A stretch of DNA of 62,018 nt, counting the filler. It is 7 parts of 7 records of this genome, joined end to end, with 100 filler letters (N's around TTAATTAATTAA, not from the genome) between each part and the next. Parts side by side here need not be neighbours in the genome. Positions count along the whole stretch, not along the records: positions 25,162 to 45,272 come from SRR7504441_9065; 6 more parts are not named here. One strand, written 5' to 3'. A model generated the notes under the pieces. That model made no database searches and was not told where the DNA came from. It worked only from the letters and a program-made list of their open reading frames with translations. The stretch's first letter is position 1, and every line of letters starts with the position of its first letter. Of the stretch, positions 32,999 to 44,118 are shown one piece after another. The translations under genes and the position numbers were made by a program.

Positions 32999-35160
32999 AT
33001 GGTGAGCTCGAGGCGAAACTCTGTGCCCCCGGACGGGCCGGAGCTGGCCAGCCTCGGGTCGTACGAGGGCATCTCCATCGCCTACGAGCGCAGCCTGCTC
33101 ACTGAATCGGCCGACGAACGCGACCATTTCGGGCCGCCCGACCCGTCGGCCCCCGGACTGCTGTACGCCGACCACTCGCCTAGCGCCCCCGACCAGCCCG
33201 GATTCGGGCAGGCCGGCAGCGCTGCCCGGCTGGGCCGGTGCGAGGCGGGCGGTCGGGGGAGAAACTGGGGTGCAGTGTGAGTGCGTTGCCAACGGATTTG
33301 GAGGCGATGGCGCCCCGGGAGAAAATGCTGCTGCTGCACCACGCGCTGCTGGCAGCCGACGGGCTCAGCCTGGGCGACAGCGCCGACAAGGCGCGCGCCG
33401 ACCGACCGGTCTGACCGGGCGGGGTAGGAGGGCGGTGCGATAAGCGAAGCTGTCCACGCCGGTCTGCGGGCTGAGACGGTGGGTACGCTGCGCAGGCTCA
33501 GCGGGCACTTGGGGCTTCCGTCGGAGCTCTGGCTGATTACCGGGGACCCTGGGTGGCTCTCACGCGAGTGGGCCAGCGCAGAGGGGGCAGGTACGCCAAT
33601 GAGGCTATCATTAAGAAGATGCTTGTCGGGATTGGTGCGGGTGGCCACGCGAAGTACGGGCATCAGGAGCTGCTGGCCGCCACCCTGGAGCTGCTTGGCC
33701 TGCTGCTGCTGGCAGCACCGAACAACCGGACGGCGATGGACCACTCGGGCGTCCAGCTGGTCCGTACCAGGCCGATCGGTTTAAGCAGGGGACAGTTGAA
33801 CATGCTAATGCATAAGCACTCCGACACGCCGGCTGTGGTGTCCTCATGCTGCAAGGGCCTGGCCATGCTGGCTGGGCTCGACGTCGAGCCGTTACTCCGA
33901 GAAGAGGCGCCCCCGTGTCGCCCGGGCCGCACGAGCGTGTTCAGGTGCACGGTCAGCTGCTGAGTGCACTGCATACACACCGTGCGGCGCGCCCGGTGGC
34001 CCGCTTGCAAGCCAGTCGCAGGCGGCGAGCGCGAGGTGGTCGAGCAGGCGCTGACGCTGCTCTGGCGCATAGCCGAGGTCGGAGCACCGCGGCGTTGCGA
34101 GTGATGGCGTGTGGCAGCACCCGGAGGGCGCGAGTAGGCTGCTTGCTGAAGAGGATCACCTCAGGGCGGCGATGAGCGCAATGGAGCAGCACACCTGCCC
34201 ACGGGTGGCCGAGGCCTTCGCAGGCGCTATCTGGCAGGCGCCTCCCCCTCGATGGCTCTGTGTGACGCTTGGATCAGCTCTGTGACTCCGAAGAGCACGG
34301 TGCAATAATAGGCAAAGTCGGGGGGATAGACAGCTTGCTGTGGGAGCTCCAGCTGCACAAGGGCTCGCCCGGGGTCGTCGAGGCCTGCCAGGGCGCGCTG
34401 TGGCAGCTGGCACGGTACCGCTGGCCGCAGTGCGTGCGCTCTCGAGCTGTTGGTAGGTGCGGAATGGAGAATCGGGTGGTTGGTGGCGGAGGGGTGGAGT
34501 GGGCGGTGTCGAGTCTGGTCTGGCACGCCCAGCACCTGGCCGGGTTGGAGTATCGGCAGCTGTGGTGAGATGCCGCGTGGCCTGCTCAGTGCTGGTGCAG
34601 GGCGGCGCCGCTGTGGAAAGCGACCATGGCGGCACTCAAGGATGAAACCAAACTGACTAAGTCGGGCCCGGAGCGGGCCGGGCTGAGTCGAGCCGGGCAG
34701 GCTGAGCATGCCGCTGTGCGGGCTCAGGAACCAAGAAGCCGAGTCAATTGTTCAAGCACTTGTAGTGAACGAGAGCATATCCGAATTGGACCTGTCGCAC
34801 AACAGCATCGAGGACTCGGGGGCGATCGCGATTGCGGACGCGATCAGCAGCGGCAGGCTGACGGACGTGGCGCTCCAGGGCAACCTGATCTCAGATAAAG
34901 GTGTGACCGCTCGATGCCAGAGGTCATAAGAGCGTGCCAGGCGCGTCTCATTTGATGAACGTGGTCCGTGCGTATCCGAGCATACTCCGACTCGACCTAA
35001 AGGACAACTCCATCAGCCCGTCGGTGCTTCTGAAGGTGGGCCTATCTGCGGCTGAGGATGCTGAACGGGTTTTGGTTGAAAGGTTGACAGTTTGCTCGAG
35101 GAGAATCGAGTCGAGCGACGTAGCATTGTAGTGAACGCGCTGACCGGCGGCGCCGGGTGA
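32999..35160 (+). CDS. ARM-repeat plus leucine-rich-repeat protein
   Basis: ARM-like exons (HSDTPAVVSSCCKGLAMLA, GGIDSLL..VVEACQGALWQLA) and RI-type LRRs (LDLSHNSIEDSGAIAIADAI, LQGNLISDKG, LDLKDNSI); many introns. Confidence 0.75.
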
Positions 35161-35371
35161 CCGACGGTGGATCCACGAAGGCTGCCTAGATATAACAGTT
35201 TATATAGATTAAATGTACATGATTTCTATGATTCGTACGTACGTATTCTAAGTACGTAAATCGATTCTTGTGAGGGGCAACAATCAACCGAAGCTCTTTG
35301 CACGATGCTTCAGCCGGGGCCTCGCCTCAGTCTAAGATACTACATGGATGGCACAGCGCTCGGCCGCGGTC

Positions 35372-36050
35372 CTAGTCGGCCACAGCTATGAAATCAGTTT
35401 GTGCTTGCGGTGATGGCGTATCAAACAACCGTACTAAGCTGGGCAGCATGCCTATCGTGAACTCGATCTGACAGCCGCCCATCGTCACGAAAGGGTAGTC
35501 CTCCTCCGCCGTCCCCCCAAACTCGGAGCTCGAGCTCCCGCCAAAGTGACTCAGGATCTCCTCCCCGGCCTTCCCGGCCTCCGGGTCCGGGCTCAGGCAA
35601 CCATCTAGATCCTCCTTCCAACTGTCCAACACGTCGACCAGATCCGCGTCGCAATCCTCGTTCCCCGTGCTCATGATCGTCTCCTTCAACCGGATCAACC
35701 CCGCCGCCTCGGTCTGCCGTTGCTGGCTCATCTGCCCGAGATCCTTCCCTCCTAACTGACTCATCCGCTTCTCGATCTTCTTAAGCTGTCCCCGGGGCTC
35801 GGGCCGAGCCGCCGGACCGGGCGCGCACCTTGCGGAACGGCCATCGGCGTATCTGGTAGGAGCGGCAGAGCCGTTTGAAGACGGTGGTGCAGATCCCAAA
35901 CTCCTTGGCCACGTCGACCATCGGGAGGTGAAAATGCTGCTGGAGCATGGAGAAGGAGATCTTGTTAGTCCGGGAGCGTTTAGGCGAGCTCTCGTCTTGC
36001 ATCCCGCCCCCCCCGCGCGTGGACCCGTCGAGAAGCGGATTCCTCTCCAT
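35372..36050 (-). CDS. Small RWP-RK transcription factor (RKD/MID-like size), 211 aa
   Basis: ISFSMLQQHFHLPMVDVAKEFGICTTVFKRLCRSYQIRRWPFRK|LKKIEK; single 43-nt intron at 35786-35828. Confidence 0.9.
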
Positions 36051-36353
36051 CTGCGGAGCCGCGTCCCTGTGGTTGGGCTTGTGGCTGGTTGTTGCGCAGC
36101 GGGCGAGATCTGCAGACTTCTGTCTTTTCTCGATTAACACTGGAAACTTCCAGCTATAACGAGTGGAAACTCCGGAACATCGGAAACTCCGGCTGTCCGG
36201 GAAGCAGACAAAACAAAGCAGATCTGCACCAGCCCCCGCTGCCACCGGGCCCGGGCCCGCAAACCGGTCGAACCTCCGGGCCGCGGGCGAGCCGCGCTCC
36301 AGGCCTGACCCCATCGCCTCCAGAGGCCGCGCCGCGTATTTACGTCACGCTAA

Positions 36354-37469
36354 ATGAAGATTTGCACCGCGGTCCGTGCATCGTGCACCGCAGCAGCGGC
36401 CGCGGTACTGGTCCTGAAGCCCCCGGCCGGCTGCGTGCCGCATGTGCCGGCGAGCGTCCCAGTGCTCGAGTGCGGCAGCGGAGGAATGCGATCGGTGGCC
36501 GTGCACATCCACCCCAACGGCCCCACCAGCCAGGGGGCCAAACACTGGGTGCGGTATGCGCTCAACCCGCGTGGGAGCCAGACGGCCACCAGGCTGCGCG
36601 ACATCGTGGTACGGCCGCCCGCCGAGGTGGCCGCGGTATGCAGCGCGATCGCCGCTGCTCAGTCGCTGGAGGGCGTGCCCAAGAGCGTCCCGCTGGTGGG
36701 CTTCGCTACCGCCGGGATGCGGCGGGCACTGGAGGAGGGCAGCGTGACCGCCGAGCAGCTGGCTAGCTTCGAGCGGGCGCTGCAGTCGGCGTTGGGGGGG
36801 CGGATGGTGCAGATTCGAGTGATCAGCGGAGAGGAGGAGGCCAGGTATGAGTGGGAGAGCGTTCAGCACAACGGCGCAGCTGAGCGAGTGGTCGGCATGG
36901 TGTCGGGTGGCGGCGTGTCCTTCCAGCTGGCCTACCAGCGGCCGGATGGGAGCCCGCGGGTCCAAAGCTTCCAATATCCGGACTGTTGCACGATGGTCGA
37001 CAGGAACAACTTCTACGGAAAGCTCACTGCTGCCTGGCGCAACGGCGAACCGGTTTCGGACGACTATTTCAAGCAGCACTACCCTGAGGCCAAGGCCGCT
37101 GTGCGTGCAATGATGCAACAGCAAGTGCGACTGGCAGCTCCGCTCGATGGTCGGTTTGCTCTTATTGAGGTAGCGAGAGGTTACGCTGATGGCTTTGGTG
37201 GCCGGTTCCCGGCTGCGAAGAGTACTGCAACGGCAGAATTTGAGATTCGTGTAGAGGATTTGAGCAGGCAACTAGACAAATTAGAGCAGGACCGGTTCAA
37301 TGCCAGCCATATTCGCTCTGCCAGTGTTGATATCCATATGCTGCGGCTTGCAATAGCGTGTGAGGTGCTCGAACAAATATTCACGCCCCAAGCAGTGTTG
37401 GTTCAGATCCGTACGGGCGAGACGGGCCCTCATATTGGACTAGCGTTGGAGGCGTATAGCCATCTCTAA
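36354..37469 (+). CDS. GDA1/CD39 (apyrase/NTPDase)-like ASKHA phosphatase
   Basis: ACR-like motifs VLECGSGG, ATAGMR, ISGEEEARYEW, SGGGVSFQ; hydrophobic N-terminus; intronless. Confidence 0.75.
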   Translation: MKICTAVRASCTAAAAAVLVLKPPAGCVPHVPASVPVLECGSGGMRSVAVHIHPNGPTSQGAKHWVRYALNPRGSQTATRLRDIVVRPPAEVAAVCSAIAAAQSLEGVPKSVPLVGFATAGMRRALEEGSVTAEQLASFERALQSALGGRMVQIRVISGEEEARYEWESVQHNGAAERVVGMVSGGGVSFQLAYQRPDGSPRVQSFQYPDCCTMVDRNNFYGKLTAAWRNGEPVSDDYFKQHYPEAKAAVRAMMQQQVRLAAPLDGRFALIEVARGYADGFGGRFPAAKSTATAEFEIRVEDLSRQLDKLEQDRFNASHIRSASVDIHMLRLAIACEVLEQIFTPQAVLVQIRTGETGPHIGLALEAYSHL

Positions 37470-37706
37470 GCGCAATGTACCATGATTGTCTCATCGGCAT
37501 GCAAGTGCACAAAATTAATCAGTTGATTTAGGTACATGTATGCGGCACCTCTCGCGTTTGGAATGAACCGACAGACACTCGGTTCATACGCGGCACCTGC
37601 TAATTATATAAATACTATCATAGCTACTCGTAAATACTATTATAGGTACCCACACCGCAAGCGCCCTGCGGCGCCTGCACATCGCGTCAGTCGATTCCGT
37701 TGCTCG

Positions 37707-38836
37707 ATGCAGGTGTGCGTGGTCGGGGCCGGCTCGTTCGGGAGCGTGATCGCCCGGGTGCTCGGGGAGCGCTGCCGGGATTCGGGCGGGCAGTTCGCCC
37801 CGACGGTCCACCGGCCGGCCGGCCTCGGCCCGATCGGCCCGGCCAGGTGCGGCTGTGGGCCCGGCGGGAGGCGCTGGCGGCCGAGCTGAACGGGCAGCAC
37901 ACCAACCGACAGTACCTCGGGCCGGACTGCCGGTTCCCAGAGAACGTGACGGCCAGCGCCGACTTGCAGGCGGTGCTCCGCGGGGCCGCGGTGGTGGTGT
38001 TGGCCGTCCCCAGCAGCTTCCTGGAGCAGACGCTGGCTCAGATCCGGCTCCCGCCCACGGCGGTTGTGGTCTCACTGCTCAAGGGGCTGCACTTCGACCC
38101 CGTGGCCTGCCGGATAGACCCACTGAGCCGGCAGCTGGCAGAGCGGCTCGGGTGCGAGGTGGCGGTGCTAATGGGTCCGAATATCTACACAGAGATGGCC
38201 GCCGACCAGTTCGCCGAGGCTACAATAGGCCACCGCGGCACGCACGCCGAGACGCTCGCCCAGCTGTTCAGCGTGCCGCAGCGACTGGCGGTCCGGGTGC
38301 ATCCTGACGTCGTCGGGGTCGAGATGTGCGGCGCACTGAAGAACGTGGCATCACTGGCGGCCGGCTACTGCCAAGGGCTCGGACTAGGAATGAACGTCAA
38401 GGCGGCGGTGATCCGGCTGAGCTATGACGAGATACGCCGGTTCTGTGAGCGGTTTTTCGGGACCGATAGCTCGGTGTTCCTTGAGGCTTGCGGAATGGGA
38501 GATTTAATCCTGACGCTGCTCGCAGGGCGCGGGCAGCAGCTGGCCGAAGCGTTCGTCAAGGCCGAAGGCAAATCAAGCTGGAGCGAGTTGGAGGATCAGC
38601 TGATGAACGGGATGAAGCTGCCCGACTGGCATAACGCGCAGTACATGCATCAGTTCCTCACAGCGAACAAGTGCGAGCAGGACTTCCCTTTGTTCAAGGC
38701 CATCTTTGACATCGGGTTCGGGGGGGCCCCGGCCGCGTCAATCGTCGGCTGCCTGGAGAAGAAGATCCGGATGCACCCGCCGGCTGTCCCGCCGGAGGGC
38801 ACGCACAAGCGCAAGCTCGACGACTTGCAAGCATGA
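37707..38836 (+). CDS. GPD1: NAD-dependent glycerol-3-phosphate dehydrogenase
   Basis: VVGAGSFGS, N..HTNRQYL, VSLLKG, VLMGPNI, GVEMCGALKNV, CGMGDLILT; intron 37806-37846. Confidence 0.93.
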
Positions 38837-39121
38837 TGTCTAAACCGGTGAGAATTCGAACCGTCGAACGCACATACGGTACTCTCAAGAGCTGCGCATG
38901 ATTGTGCGTTAACACGTGCGTACCCAATAAACCACATGTCTCAGGCTTATATAGGGCGTGCACGCACGTCCGCTGGCGGTCGGGCGGTCCACAAAGAAAC
39001 TATACATGTATAGCGCGCTTCCCAAACCGGCTACAAACCGGCGAAACCGGGGTCCGGAGCCCCTGCAGCTCTCCAGATTTTTTTTTGGAACAACTTTCGG
39101 GCAAGTTTGAGAGGCAAGGCG

Positions 39122-42100
39122 ATGCGAGTCGGCTGCTTGGGACTGCTCGTGCTGCTGATCGAGCCGGCGCGGGGACAGTCGGAGAATTACGTGGACAGCG
39201 TGAGTGTGTACCAGCAGTCCGGCTGCACCACCAGCCAGTTCTACGATGTGGTCAACTTCATCTGCGTGGATTGCCTGTCGGCGAGCCAGGACGTCTCCGC
39301 CGATGGGCTCAGCTGTGTTTGCAAGCCCGGCTATTATCGGAGTGACTCGGACACCGCTGTGTTTGCAAGCACAGCGGGGTGCACACAGTGCAGCGCCGTC
39401 AACGCTCCGACTCCGGCCTCCAGTTCAGACCGCCTCGTCTGCATGGGCTGTGATGCCACCACCACCTTCGCCACCACTGAGTCGGCGCAGTCAACCGGCT
39501 TCACTGCACTCGGAACTGGGGGCGGATACTGCGCATGCCCGGCCGACTCTCCAACGCCACTTCCCTCAACCGCCCCTAGCACTACCGCTGCCACCAAATA
39601 CGGGTTGGTGGAGACGGATGCGGCGGGTGCTTATTTGGCCGCGACGCCCGGTAAGTACTGCTTCCAATGCACAGCCGGGAGCTACCTTGACAGCACCACC
39701 GTGACTCCAGGGGTCTGCACCGCCTGCCCGGACCCACGGATGCAAAACGCTGTGGGGATCTCGTCAGCTGATAACTGCGCATGCACAACAACCTACACAC
39801 AAGTACAGGACGTGTGCCTGCATAAAGCCACAGCCGACTCACTGTCAACCACGTACGCAAGCTCCGCCCCGACCACCGTGCAGTACCCGGACGTGGTCAG
39901 CACTGCCGGTGCGTTTACTTCCACTGTGACCTCGGCAGTGCTTGATAAGTGGTTCTACGAGGCCAGCACCAAGTGCTCCAGACAAGTCTCTGGTGGCTCC
40001 GAGTGGTGTCAAATGCTCGCCAATATGTGTGTGCTCAATCTGTACCGCCAGGCCGCCCCGGCCTGTGCGCTCTTCATCTCACTCACCTCATCAAGCAGCC
40101 TTCACGGCTTCAGTGGCTGGAACAGCAACATCGGATTTTTGTATTTCGGGTCCACCTCTCAAGTGCTGAGCGCTACAGATCTCAGCACCCAATTTTCGTT
40201 CGGGTCGTCTGGCGGGTCGACGGTGACAAGTGAGATCAGTATCATGCTTGCAAGCTACGCATTCAATGGGACTTTCCTCGGCTGGCGGAGCCTGGACACA
40301 CAGCTGGCGCTCTGTGGAGGCAGCTACGATTGGGTCACTCAGTGGAAAACCTTCGGTGAGTTGAAGGGCGTGGGCCCAGATGACGGACTGGCAGGTACGT
40401 TCAAGATCATCAGCTGCGACATTGACATCAACCGAATCCTGTATCGCTCCGCCTATTCGAACGACACCATCTTTTATGACCCGTACTACGTCAATGCTGA
40501 TGGCACCTACTATCCAATGCCGGTGTTTATCGAAAACTATCGAGATTCTAGCGGGGGCACGCCAAACGCCGGTCTGCTCAGCCTAGCCCTGTTGGCTGAC
40601 CTCATTGCAGGTGCTAACGAGTACTACTATGCAGCCTACGGGACTGACGCAGTGGCCACTCGCCGCTTCTTCATAGTGGACAATTTATCTGGCCGAGTTA
40701 CAGCCTACAATTCGGCGCCCGACGTGGTTCGGATACTGGCCAAGGCGGGGATTTTGATCCAGGTCCAAAACCCGGATAACCCTGATAAGATCTACCCTCC
40801 GAGGCTGGTGCTGAGCTACCACGAGCTTGATATCAAGGGCTTAAACGCTAATGGAACGTACGATGTTTCGAACGAGTTTGGGTCAGCGTACAAGATGGCA
40901 ACAGGTTCTGGGTCGTGGGATGAGTGGTTTGAGACCTACTGGATAGTGAGTCTTGTGTTTTGTGTGCTGTTATTCCTGTTTCGGGCGTATCGGTACTGGA
41001 AAGCGTATCCAGGCCAAGGCGATTGGGGATTCTTCTTTCAAATGTGGGGCATCGGCTTCCGCACTCTCCCGCACACCTATGGCGTGAGCTACCTTTGCTT
41101 CAGCTACTACTTTTATGTGGTGTTCAAGATGCAAGGCGAGATAACCACGCTCATTCCTGACAATGGCTCAATCAATGAAAACCTCTGTGAGTGCAGCTGC
41201 CCCCACCGCAGCCAACTCACTGGCGCGGTTAGACTGGTACTTTGGGATGGCCGCTGTGGCTTCCTTCTTGGGTGCAGTGTACGTGATTCTTCAACAGTGC
41301 TCCATTGATATCTTCTTTATAGACTGGGAGCCTCCTCACGGCCGCGTGCTGTCCTCCAACCATGTGGTCACCCAGGTTTGCTTCCATGCACTCAATGCGA
41401 TTCAATCTGCGTACAGGTTCCAGTGAGCACATGGCGGAGTCTGTTTGTAGCAAACGAGTTTGCAAGACTGCAGACTCGTCGGCTTATTGACTTTGACATA
41501 ACGTGAGGAACTGGTTTTAGTGAATCTCACTGTTGCGTGCAGATGCATTTGGGTGGTGTTTTTCCTTGCTGGGGTCCCCTCTTGGGGAGCTCCGTATTAT
41601 AACGCCAATTGCAACACTCCTGATGGCAGCAAACAATTTCTTGTAGACTGCACTGACTGGGCGCGGAGTGATCTGCTGAGGATAGCAGTGGACTCTTTCT
41701 TCTTTCTGGCGGTCGCTCTATACCAGGCATCCTGCTGTACTGCAACGTGGCTCTGATTTGAGCCTCAGGTAATCTACACAAAACTAGTATACCAGCGGTA
41801 TGTGCGACACCCCACACTCCAGCTGCTCGATATCATGTCGCTATCAAACATCTCAGCTTGGATCCTCTCAGCCAAGTACACAGGTGCGAGCTTGCTGGAG
41901 CTCAACTCACGACTGGACCGACAGGCTACTACTTGCACGGGCAGTCTAGCCTACAGTATGCAGACACAACGTTGTCCGACTTCTCACAGCTGCTTTCCGA
42001 CGAAGAGGCCAACATTGCGAACACACGTGGCCTGCTGCCTGGCAGTGAGGACCAGGAATTCATAATGTTTCTCTCCGAGACCACACGAGACAAATACGTC

Positions 42101-42739
42101 GACTTCGTAGACCGAATCAGGTGGCGATACCCAAACTCTGTGGAACTGACTCGTACCAGGGATGCCAAGGACGAGGAGACTGCCAATCTGGCGCACGTTG
42201 GACAACTCCAGCAAGAGTTTGTTGGGAAACGCGACCGCGCACATACCGGAACCACCTTCTTGGATGGCCACAAGGCTGTCAATGGTCTGTTGCAGAACAA
42301 CATCAAGCTCATGCAGACGGTAGGCAGCTCGCCTGCCCCCTGCCCGCTGGGCTTGAGAGTGGATGGCAGACGTACAGGGACAAATGTATAGTCGAGCCTA
42401 GCTTCTTCACTACAGTCCATCAGATTCCGCCCGAGCAAGAGGACGTCGAGCACGCGTATTTTTGGGTGGACAAACATCACCAGTGGACGTAGCTGCACAC
42501 GCCCGGGCATTGAGACTGAGACTATCGGGGGCCAGGACTGTGCTCTTCGAGGGGGTGGAGCTTGACTTACTGTTGCTTGATATCTACATGTTCATAGTAT
42601 TTGACTTCGCCTGCAAGCAGCCGATTGCGAGCATGGTCTGCTTGTATTTCTTCCAAAAGCTGGTCGACTTTGTCCGTCTCGAGCTGGGTACCCAGAATCT
42701 GGCTAAAAAGTCTTTCCTCGGACCCAGATTCTTCATGTA
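39122..42739 (+). CDS. TMEM67: Meckelin (ciliary transition-zone membrane protein)
   Basis: Signal peptide, Cys-rich ectodomain, CQMLANMCVL, RRFFIVDNLSG, DIFFIDWE, VSTWRSLFVANEF, SLSNIS..GYYLHG, LGTQNLAKKSFLGPRFFM*; about 10 introns of 39-50 nt. Confidence 0.93.
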
Positions 42740-43043
42740 AACACTGCTTGTATGTAAATACTCAGAGAAAACGTAATCACAATCGCGCACGTGCAAGCTC
42801 AACATTGATTATGTACATGATGGTACTCGTACTTGAAAAAATACGAGTACACATCAACAAATCAGTCGTTGACAATCATGAATAATTGTACATGTACGAA
42901 GATTGTACGAAGATTAGGTACCGCAAAAATAAGTGTAAGGTCAATTAGTATCTACATCATATGCAAGGTTTAGTACTATCAGTTCGACATAGTTTCAACC
43001 GTCTCGAACACGAACACAAATTACACAATCCGATGCCCAAAGT
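42740..43043. terminator. AT-rich, GTAC/TGTACA-rich spacer between convergent genes (candidate 3'-end signals)
   Basis: Nine GTAC between 42813 and 42976; same composition as other 3' spacers in the window. Confidence 0.45.
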
Positions 43044-43840
43044 TCAGCTTTCCGCCCTCACCTCAAATCTGGGCTCCGGCTCATACAATATGTCTGATAG
43101 CTCATCACAGCCCTCTAAATTCGGATAGAACTCGCACAGCATCTGCCAGGCTCGGTCACCCCGCCGCTCGGCCGTCGCGCCACCTCCATCTTGCGCAGCT
43201 TGCCAAACGCCTCAGCGCGCCTCTCCTTGAGCCAGCTCGCCTGCGAATGCACCTGCTCCAGCTCCTGAATCCGCTCCTTCATCTCGGCCGAAAGCGTCTC
43301 GAGCATGTTCTCCAGTTCAACCTTTCGTTGCTCATCTGGCGCAATCACCCTTGCTCACCCACTCGAGCCCAGGCGCACCGATATCGTCCGTAGGCTCCTC
43401 TACCGGGGCTGGCTCGGCCAGCTGGCGCGACTCCCGGCTAAAGTGGGCGTGACACCACTGCAGGAACTCCAGGTTGTCTTGCACCCGGCTCTTGGCCAGC
43501 TTGGCCACTGGCCGCCGGCTCAGCCGCTATGGGCGGGACAGGCGTCACCCTCCACTTCCTTGGGCAGCCCAGCTTTCTTGAAGGCGTCCCGCAACACCCG
43601 CAGGTTCCGGCTGAAGTCCGTCTCGTATCTGGCCTCCACTGCCGCCGGCTCAGCCCGGGCCCGGGGGCGAGCCGCACTATTAAGCCTGTGGAGTTGGATC
43701 TGGCCGGGGTAGCCGCTATTGAACAACTGAGCGTAGGCGATCCCGTCGCCCAGCTGCTCCACCTTGGTGTACTCCCGCTCGGTGAACTGGTTGAGCCAGG
43801 CCAGCAGCTCGTTCCGCCCCAAGCCCGAGTGCCGCGGCAT
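43044..43840 (-). CDS. EB1/MAPRE-like microtubule plus-end protein (CH domain + EBH)
   Basis: GRNELLAWLN..YTKVEQLGDGIAYAQL, coiled coil, FGKLRKME|MLCEFY..DILYE; short introns including 43639-43677; 3' end could extend by one more exon. Confidence 0.85.
43639..43677 (-). other. 39-nt spliceosomal intron in the EB1-like gene, near-identical to the REV1 intron
   Basis: gtgcggctcgcccccgggcccgggctgagccggcggcag; removal gives HRLNMEARYE, matching EB1 CH-domain spacing. Confidence 0.75.
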
Positions 43841-44118
43841 GGCTGCTCTGCTCAACCCGGGTTGCGCTGCTCGCCCCTGTGGCCCAACTCAAACTTGAAG
43901 CTGGACCTCTTCGTCAGCTGCAGTGTCGTCGAGGCTCGCAGATTCATGGCGATTTCGACTCTAGATCTACTCTCACAATTCAATGATACAATCTTGAGTC
44001 TACTAGTGGTACCTGTATGCTTATAGTACCTGTACGTACTCGTTTGCTTACTCAGTACTAGCTAGAGAGCACCAGGTACTGACTGTAACAAGTTATGCTA
44101 AATCCCGAGCGTGGGAGC

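Noticed and set aside
10953-36050. Two RWP-RK genes as a linked mating-type locus
   Set aside because: They are on different contigs separated by artificial spacers, so linkage cannot be inferred
38837-39121. RFX X-box upstream of the ciliary gene TMEM67
   Set aside because: No convincing GTTNCC-N-GGNAAC palindrome was found
39107-42740. Stop-codon readthrough, alternative genetic code or programmed frameshifts explaining fragmented ORFs
   Set aside because: The breaks examined are resolved by short GT/GC-AG introns, and TAA, TAG and TGA all terminate genes
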